From NCBI GenBank assembly GCA_024679065.1, contig JAGIQG010000016.1, positions 11,160,001-11,224,000 on the forward strand: DNA of 64,000 bases, written 5' to 3'. The notes below the pieces were generated by a model, which worked only from the letters and a program-made list of their open reading frames with translations, did not search any database and had not been told where the DNA came from. The translations under genes were made by a program, and so were the position numbers. The stretch is from Sphyrna mokarran. Taxonomy: Eukaryota. Below, in pieces: positions 58,201-64,000 of the stretch (position 1 is its first letter; the number at the start of each line of letters is the position of its first letter).

Positions 58201-61200
58201 CGTTTCAAATGACAAACTGTCTTCATTTTAAAATGACCTGCAGCATTCTCCTACGTTAGTAACGACTTTAAAAATCGAGGTGACAGCTGCAATTTCCTTT
58301 CTGTACCCCTACATTATCATCTATATCATTAATGTGGCTTTATTCTTTCTGACAAACACCTCCACCCGCCACGTCCATACTCCACCGTCCGCCCTGCCCC
58401 GCCCTCCCCGACGCCATGCGACATTGTTAAATGTTTTGGTGAAATATGTATTAACTACAACAACAGTGGTAGCCACCTGCCCTGTCTCCCCATCCCACTC
58501 ACCCACACACACGTACGCACACACATGAAGACGCACAGCAAGTCACATGTTGAAAAGTTATATTTTGTCACGAAGACCCTTTGAAAAAACACGAATATTT
58601 GTAGATAGAAATTAATATTCTCCTTGAGGGATGTTTGCTATACTTTTCCTATCACGCCACCACAGATGAGAGTCTCCTCAGTCTATTTTTCTTTGTTCCA
58701 CGCCTCTCCAAAAAACATTTCGATCTTATGAGCAGTGTATGATCTAAATTTGTTATTTTTATTGTGTTCAGTGCTGATATTCTTGTATTTTAAATTGTCA
58801 TCATCAGGGTGTTTTTTTATGTGTAGGATGAATAAAGAAGTGCAATATTCATAGATAAAAAGTTACAGTCTAAACGGAAAAAAATCTTGTATTCAAATTA
58901 GTTATATCATGAATATTCATATACGCAAACTTGATGTTTATTTTATTGCGAGCTTTCTTGATTATTTCTCTTTCTACAATTATTATAAAATTAACATATT
59001 TTGTCGTATATTCGAATTTTCAATCAATAGAGTAATCGTGATAATATTGAATTACACTAAAAATGTTATCCATTATTTTCAATTTCCATTCATTATTAGA
59101 ACAAAATGACGCTGCAAAGTCAAAAGGTATTAACAATGAATATCTCAATATCAGAATGACTATTTTCCTCTATGATATCATAGTAAAAAATACAGAGTAA
59201 TTATCCTCTCTTCGTTATTGTCTGGTTTGACTCCTTTTGTTTTTGAGTACATGTGAGAGGGAATGTGAATTCCTACTGCATATCTTGCTTCTTGTGGGAT
59301 ATTCTGAAGCTCCAAAACAGAACATTATTGTTTTTTTTTCTGCACGTTAGAAATGGCAAGATTGTTAACACCATGGCATAAGACGATTAAATGCAAATGC
59401 TATTGATGTTCGGTCCCCATGTCAGATATTGTTGTCAAGGGTGTTGAACAGCCTTGTTCAATGTGTTGAACACATTTAGGGAAGACACTTGCCAAACGTC
59501 GGTGTCGTCAAAAATTGATTACTCCAACGTAAGCGTTCAAAATATGAAGGTGAAGAAGGTGCATCGATGTTCATTCAGATGGTAGGATTGCATTATCTTT
59601 TACAGCCTCCAGCAAAGACGACTAAATCAGTCGGTAGGCAGCTGGATATGACCCCGACAGGTAAAAAGAAAAACAGCTGAGGGCAGTAGAATTGCAAATT
59701 CACGTAAGTGCAATTAACATTATTGTACCAAATAAATTGAGTTTTTCGCTCCAGCACTCACTACACAAAACCATTTGTTCCGTTCAGCTCAAGCATTGAC
59801 ACATGCAAAGAGAAAGCATATTCCCTAATCTCTCCTGTACAAAAGCAGTGCAAACCCAACGAAGATAATTGTCGTTATATTTGCCGTTACTAATGAAGCT
59901 ATGTTATGGGCCATCGATAGCACCATCTGCTATCACACGATTAGCAAATTTGCTCTCAGAAACTCAGTTTCGTTTCCGCCAACCACTCAACTCCTGACAT
60001 TATTACAGAATTAATAGTAATATGGATAAAAGACCTGAAATTCAGGGATGGGTTACAAATGATTGTCTTTGTCATCATGACAGTATTTGACTGGGAATCA
60101 AATCAAATAATCCTTCCCATCGTCTGATATTCTGAGCCAAGGATAATTCATATTCAAGAAGCGTTGACAATTTCTAGGATTGGGCAGAAAAGTCGCAAAA
60201 AATATTCAAGATCTAACAGTTATCCAACGTAATAATCTCGCGCAATGTTTAATCTAAAATCAACCACCAAACCTTTTCCACACGCCAAAAAAAAAAATGT
60301 CATTCTTCTTCAGGCTTTTGACATCTATCACTGCAGAATCTCCGGGAAATTACATTGACCAGAAAAAAAAGCTACATGAGCTTAGTACATACAATGGCTG
60401 AAAAAATGTATGTGGTTATGAAAACCTCTATTGACTCCCTCATCAATCGTTGACCTCTATCTGAACGTTGCAAATCAAAATCATCACGGAATACCATACT
60501 GTTTCTCAGAAGTATGCGGTCAAATGATACGGGTTCGACAACATCTAGGATCAGGCAGCATTTTAATAGTAACATCATCCAAACTATTTAACTTCCTGAT
60601 CCAGCCATATACTTTGAAAACAGTGCATGAAATCAACAACAACAACAACAAAAAAAACTACACAACATGCATATGCCATTTTCTTCAGCAGTTTCCAATA
60701 CCATAGTGATGGACGTAACAAAATGCAAGAGAGAAACTGACATGCAAACAATGCATCTGGAGGCTCGATGTGTGACTATCCCTCACTTTTGAGTGCATAG
60801 TTGTGAACACAGCAAGAAATTTGTATGCCATTTTTCGGAATGTCGAAGCAGCAGACATTGCCGGTAGTACGATGAATGATAAATGCTTTGTTTACAGTGA
60901 TAAGAAATTTTGCTTTAAGTAGTTGCCGATGTTGTCAAAAAGCATGAGGTCCATCGCGTAGTACTGAGATCAACTTCAGTGTGTTCACTTAAAGGTTATA
61001 AATTCATGGACAATGAAAGCCAAAATGTTCCCATATTATGGCTTTCACTAAAGGTACGACGAGTTGGTTCTGATCACTGAATAAATTAATTGAAATGAGC
61101 AGTGAAGGAAGTAAGACAAGTGAAGGCTCCTGATGGCATTGGAGAACATTCGAAACTTAGCGGGGTACCTGTTCTCCTTTTGCACCGAATTCTAACGCGA

Positions 61201-61877
61201 GCAATGGCTATCGATATTAACTGGATTCAAGTACTGTGCGGCAACATGGATTTCGATGGAATTCATATTGTCTGTCTTCAATTTATGTGAGTGCCCGATG
61301 TGCACTGAAACATTTTCGAAGTAACTTACAAAGTAGGAAAACTACCTTTACGAATATAATAGCTTGCCCTGGTGAAATATAATTAGGCAAAAATTTATGC
61401 ACATCATACACTGAGAATAATTGAAAGTCATGAGAAAAGACACCCTCGGGCATTTTGCCTGTTTAATGTTGTTTGAACGGCCATTAATTAGACAATGCTT
61501 TGCATGCAATCAGAATACGAAACATAATCCCACAGATAGATAGAAAGATAATAAAGAGAGAGGGGGTGTGTGTGGAGGGAGAGGTGGGGGTAGTAGAGAT
61601 ACTGCGAGAGAGGGAGAGCGGGAAAGATTGAGCGGGAGAGAGAAAGAGTGTGTGTGTGTGCGCGTGTATGTGAGAGAAAGAGAGAGAGGACAGAGAGTCA
61701 GAGAGACAGAGAAATAATTTGATAGATGGATAAACAAATATGACAACGTTGTTTGGCTTGTTCCAATTATTTGTAAGTTGAAATCCGGAAATAAAACGTT
61801 TTTTTTTCCCTTATTAAGTGCTTCATTTCGGTTCTTTCCAGAAATAGTTGCGCTGATAAAAGAACTTCAAGATGCTG
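10199..61877 (+). CDS. Internal part of a multi-microexon gene encoding a long coiled-coil (identity unknown; 5' and 3' ends outside window)
   Basis: 17 AG/GT-flanked, 3n-length, phase-1 microexons splice without stops to [164 protein letters not shown]; recurring sizes 15/27/36 nt. Confidence 0.8.
11470..11720 (+). mobile_element. Degenerate tRNA-derived SINE with CR1-like tail
   Basis: gcggcac..cacagtgcaagggacc head, ggccatgctaaa core, atctatgaatcta tail. Confidence 0.5.
13155..13465 (-). mobile_element. tRNA-derived SINE (HE1-like) with CR1-like 3' tail
   Basis: acagcacggcaaacaggcccttcggccc tail; tgtgggaggaaaccggagcgcccggagaaaaccc core also seen inverted near 36000 and 52720. Confidence 0.8.
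13600..14410 (-). mobile_element. CR1 LINE 3' fragment, relatively young
   Basis: 242-aa [18 protein letters not shown]...[15 protein letters not shown]...[11 protein letters not shown]. Confidence 0.95.
16729..16761 (+). CDS. Microexon A2, 33 nt ([11 protein letters not shown])
   Basis: cactgttacag|ATTTAAGA...GATACCC|gtatgg; DL..K.K pattern shared with B2. Confidence 0.55.
17389..17424 (+). CDS. Microexon A3, 36 nt ([12 protein letters not shown])
   Basis: gttttattttgcag|AATTAAAT...GACATAG|gtgggg. Confidence 0.75.
19081..19107 (+). CDS. Microexon A4, 27 nt (EKKRKEKET)
   Basis: aatctacaaaacttcag|AAAAGAAG...GAAACAG|gtactt. Confidence 0.65.
19290..20040 (-). mobile_element. CR1 LINE 3' fragment, degenerate
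   Basis: ORF 19478-19870 VQQAIRKAN...[12 protein letters not shown]. Confidence 0.8.
20460..22592 (+). mobile_element. Young 5'-truncated CR1 LINE (ORF2 RT domain to 3' tail), few frameshifts
   Basis: 377-aa ORF with [31 protein letters not shown]; FADD motif; (TTCTATG)n tail. Confidence 0.97.
23594..23629 (+). CDS. Microexon A5, 36 nt ([12 protein letters not shown])
   Basis: tttattattttgtag|AACTCACC...GAACTGG|gtaggt. Confidence 0.8.
24850..26020 (+). mobile_element. CpG-rich element, possibly CR1 5'UTR/ORF1 (esterase-like) remnant
   Basis: [15 protein letters not shown]...VVCC resembles CR1 ORF1 RG.D...CG....R.VCCLPGA; GC content above flanks. Confidence 0.35.
26028..27760 (-). mobile_element. 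CR1 LINE, degenerate
   Basis: ORF 26832-27221 SGVPE...[17 protein letters not shown]; catagaatca tail at 26028. Confidence 0.85.
29226..29252 (+). CDS. Microexon A6, 27 nt (EEKLEKKVK)
   Basis: ttcttcttaatgatatacaacag|AAGAAAAG...GTAAAAG|gttatt (weak donor). Confidence 0.6.
31967..31993 (+). CDS. Microexon A7, 27 nt (EFNSLQETC)
   Basis: ttctatcttttgttag|AATTTAAC...ACGTGCC|gtaagt. Confidence 0.75.
32828..32854 (+). CDS. Microexon A8, 27 nt (xADLEQKIS)
   Basis: tttctatctcttacag|AAGCTGAT...ATTTCAG|gtgaaa. Confidence 0.75.
33917..33952 (+). CDS. Microexon A9, 36 nt ([12 protein letters not shown])
   Basis: ttttatggttcacag|AACTAAAA...AAGTTAG|gtgagc. Confidence 0.8.
35870..36030 (+). mobile_element. 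Degenerate SINE
   Basis: tgggtattctccgggtgttgccgtttcctcccaca core. Confidence 0.6.
39730..39744 (+). CDS. Microexon B1, 15 nt (EKEKK)
   Basis: tgattgaatctattgacag|AAAAAGAAAAGAAAG|gtaagc; flanks resemble those of A1. Confidence 0.75.
39770..40330 (+). mobile_element. Old CR1 3' fragment
   Basis: [12 protein letters not shown] motif in ORF 39777-40004. Confidence 0.6.
41120..41146 (+). CDS. Microexon B2, 27 nt (DLEAKEKID)
   Basis: ctacttttatctgtataag|ATCTCGAA...ATCGATG|gtgagg. Confidence 0.7.
42495..42530 (+). pseudogene. Microexon B3 lacking its expected acceptor (..[10 protein letters not shown]); decayed, or spliced from an upstream AG as a 60-nt exon (42471-42530)
   Basis: Consensus donor GG|gtaagt; 3' end AACGGCATGG resembles A3 AACGACATAG; no AG at -27, -30 or -36; 5' boundary uncertain. 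Confidence 0.45.
42905..43445 (+). mobile_element. CR1 LINE 3' fragment
   Basis: [22 protein letters not shown]...RGDLIETYK; tatgttcttatg tail. Confidence 0.93.
44732..44758 (+). CDS. Microexon B4, 27 nt (DEETREKDS)
   Basis: aatattactaaaattccag|ATGAAGAG...GACTCAG|gtaatg; acceptor resembles that of A4. Confidence 0.75.
44816..44963. other. Assembly gap (148 N)
   Basis: Run of n. Confidence 0.99.
46227..46262 (+). CDS. Microexon B5, 36 nt ([12 protein letters not shown])
   Basis: ctttcttctctccttatag|AAATAGCT...AATACAG|gtgaga. Confidence 0.8.
47090..47900. mobile_element. Two old CR1-like fragments (minus about 47090-47440; plus about 47480-47900)
   Basis: ggcaatgaaatccacaagttcaccac (3' region, minus); gatgacacaaagttggg-like DDTKLGG remnant (plus). 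Confidence 0.5.
50658..50681 (+). CDS. Microexon B6, 24 nt (VSCKQKKT)
   Basis: catttatacctgtatag|TTTCCTGT...AAAACAG|gtaaac; fills the slot expected for a 27-type exon; contains an A-run. Confidence 0.45.
52595..52925 (+). mobile_element. tRNA-derived SINE with CR1-like tail
   Basis: tgggtttctcc..tccggtttccttccacaccctaaagatgtg core; gggccgaaggacctgtttcacgtgctgt tail. Confidence 0.75.
53773..53808 (+). CDS. Microexon B7, 36 nt ([12 protein letters not shown])
   Basis: Branch-like actaac upstream; catccaaatcttag|AAGCAGAC...GAGTGTG|gtaagc. Confidence 0.75.
54950..55980 (-). mobile_element. Old CR1 fragment containing an internal tandem duplication
   Basis: ggagaccaaaac (reverse of QFWSP), ccttgtagagctgc (reverse of QLYK). 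Confidence 0.65.
55398..55747. repeat. Tandem duplication, 2 copies of about 175 bp (55398-55569, 55570-55747)
   Basis: Near-identical copies; ATCATG at the start of each copy and after the second. Confidence 0.92.
57460..58030 (-). mobile_element. Old CR1 3' fragment
   Basis: ORF 57736-57933 RFVRTLHGM...[11 protein letters not shown]. Confidence 0.6.
59100..59126 (+). CDS. Microexon B8, 27 nt (EQNDAAKSK)
   Basis: tttccattcattattag|AACAAAAT...TCAAAAG|gtatta. Confidence 0.7.
61545..61715. repeat. Degenerate GA/GT low-complexity microsatellite
   Basis: Directly visible. Confidence 0.85.
61842..61877 (+). CDS. Microexon B9, 36 nt ([12 protein letters not shown])
   Basis: catttcggttctttccag|AAATAGTT...GATGCTG|gtaagt. 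Confidence 0.85.
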
Positions 61878-62608
61878 GTAAGTATAACATGCGGGATCAT
61901 TATTGCAATGTCCATTCATTCATCAAAAATTTTATTGAGTTTTCTCCCTGCTAACTTTAATTTCAATGCTGACAGAAATAACTTTGGGAAATTGTTCTTG
62001 CTTGCTATTTTTCCAACCTTCAACGTAATGCTGCGTGTTATGTTTTTTTTACAAACCTCAACAAAACGGAATATCGTACCGACCATTTCGCAGGCTAAAT
62101 CATGTTCAATTTGCGGCGGAATAAGTTGCGTTTTCGTGATGGCATTGAATGGAATGTTTGCTAAGTTCACTTTTGACAAGACCTGAATATATAAAATGTT
62201 TATAATTTCATTACTGCAACAATATCGTATATTCGAGATTGTTGGGGAAGACGGGGAATGTAAGAATGCATTTCAAATAGTTGAAAAAATGGAAATATAT
62301 TAGAAACTGCATTTTTAAAAATCGACGGAGGTGATCTGACATGTCCAAAGATATTGGAATGAACTGTTCCTCAAAGATTCTTCTGACCTTCATTGGGATA
62401 ATGTAAATGGCCAAAGACAAAGCATGAGTTGCAAAAAAAAAGAATTACAGACAATCCGAAGTGGAATGTTTATTTTTTTCCTGTACAGTTGTGTTTTCTC
62501 TCTCACTGACGGCTTGAAAACTTGAGTTACAAACAGCTAAAAAGAAAAAAAAAGTTACGTTGGTTAATTTAGCACACCTCCACATGATGCAATTACAATG
62601 CAATACGA

Positions 62609-63775
62609 TTGATGTAGTATATATGGACTTTAGTAAGGCGTTTGATAAGGTGGCCCATGGAAGACTTCTACAGAAAATGCAGATGTGTGGAATAGAGGGT
62701 GATTTAACTAATTGGATTAGGAATTGGCTGGCAGATAGAAGACAGAGGGTGGTGGTTGATGGGAGATATTAATCGTGGAGTTCGGTGACGAGTGGTGTGC
62801 CTCAGGGGTCTGTTTTGGGGCCCCTGCTGTTTGTAATTTTTATAAATGATCTGGATGAGGGTATAGAGGGATGGATCAGTAAATTTGCAGATGACACTAA
62901 AGTCGGTGGAGTGGTAGATAGTGAAGAGGGGTGTTATAGTTTGCAGAGGGATTTGGACAAGTTGCAGAGCTGGGCCGAGAGGTGCAAATGGAGTTTAATG
63001 TGGAAAAGTGTGAGGTAATGCACTATGGCAGAAATAATAAATGTGTAGAGTATATGGCTAATGGTAGGATTCTTAGTAGTGTTGATGAACAGGGGGATCT
63101 TGGTGTGTATGTGCATAGATCCCTGAAAGTAGGCAGTCAAGTCGAGAAGGTTGTTAAGAAGGCATATGGATTCTTAGCTTTTATTGGTAGGGGGATTGAA
63201 TTTCGGAGCCGCAACGTCATGTTGCAACTGTACAAAACTCTAGTGCGGCCGCACTTGGAGTATTGTGTGCAGTTCTGGTCCCACATTATAAGAAAGATGT
63301 GGAGGCATTGGAGAGGGTACAGAGGAGGTTTACCAGGATGTTGCCTGGTATGGAGGGCAGGTCCTATGAAGAGAGGTTGAAGGATTTGAGGTTTTTTTCG
63401 TTAGAAAGGAGGCGGCTAAGAGGGGATCTTATTGAAGCATATAAGATGATTAGAGGTTTAGATAGGGTGGACAGTGATAGCCTTTTTCCTAGGCTGGAGA
63501 AAGCTAGCACTAGGGGACACAGCTTTAAATTAAGGGGTATGAGTTATAGGACGGATATCAGAGGTAGGTTCTTTACTCAAGAGTGATTAGGGAGTGGAAT
63601 GCCCTGCCTGCAGCTGTTGTAGATGCGCCAAGTTTGGTGGCGTTTAAGAGGTTAATTGATAAGTATATGGAAGAGAAGGGAATGGTTTAGTTTGGAGGGG
63701 CATTGCTTTTTATTTTGATCGGCACAACATCGAAGGCCGAAGGGCCTGTTCTGTGCTGTAATGTTCTATGTTCTA
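62609..63775 (+). mobile_element. Young 5'-truncated CR1 LINE, same subfamily as 20460-22592
   Basis: Near-identical by eye to 21425-22590; [27 protein letters not shown] motifs; ttctatgttcta tail. Confidence 0.97.
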
Positions 63776-63934
63776 ACTGATATTTCAAATGATACATCCA
63801 TTTTGTGGAACTCAGGTTGCATCGCTAATCTCTCAAGTGAAAAAAAATTAATGTTATTCCACTCTTGTAATATACATACATACATACATACATGTATAAT
63901 TAAATATAGACAAATATGATATTATTGATAGTAA

Positions 63935-64000
63935 AGAGGGGTGTTAGATAGCGAAGAGGGGTGTTATAGTTTGCAGAGAGACTGGAACAAGTTGCAGAGC
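63935..64000 (+). mobile_element. Start of another CR1 fragment running off the window
   Basis: gatagcgaagaggggtgttatagtttgcagag matches 62917-62970. Confidence 0.8.

Noticed and set aside
58244-58279. 36-nt open candidate ([12 protein letters not shown])
   Set aside because: Weak pyrimidine tract and donor, atypical start, and it breaks the 27/36 alternation
1-64000. Prokaryotic systems (CRISPR arrays, operons, retrons) suggested by RT-bearing ORFs
   Set aside because: All RT ORFs are CR1 LINE ORF2 fragments; no repeat-spacer arrays or gene-dense organisation were seen

Overview
AT-rich eukaryotic (vertebrate) genomic DNA with no prokaryotic features. The dense CR1-type LINE fragments and tRNA-headed SINEs with CR1-like tails suggest a cartilaginous fish (inference). 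Nearly all long ORFs in the track are retrotransposon remnants or noise. The real host gene is invisible to the ORF track: a + strand array of about 17-19 microexons (15-36 nt, AG..GT flanked, lengths multiples of 3, all phase 1) spread over about 10.2-61.9 kb. They splice into an open, E/K/L-rich heptad coiled-coil. The exons mostly alternate 27 and 36 nt (63 nt = 3 heptads) and form two copies of a nine-exon super-module (10199-33952 and 39730-61877). One exon of the second copy lacks its expected acceptor. The start and end of the gene lie outside the window, so its identity is unresolved; a butyrophilin/BG-like cytoplasmic tail or a lectin/CD23-like stalk are hypotheses. All exon calls were made by eye and need RNA-seq confirmation.
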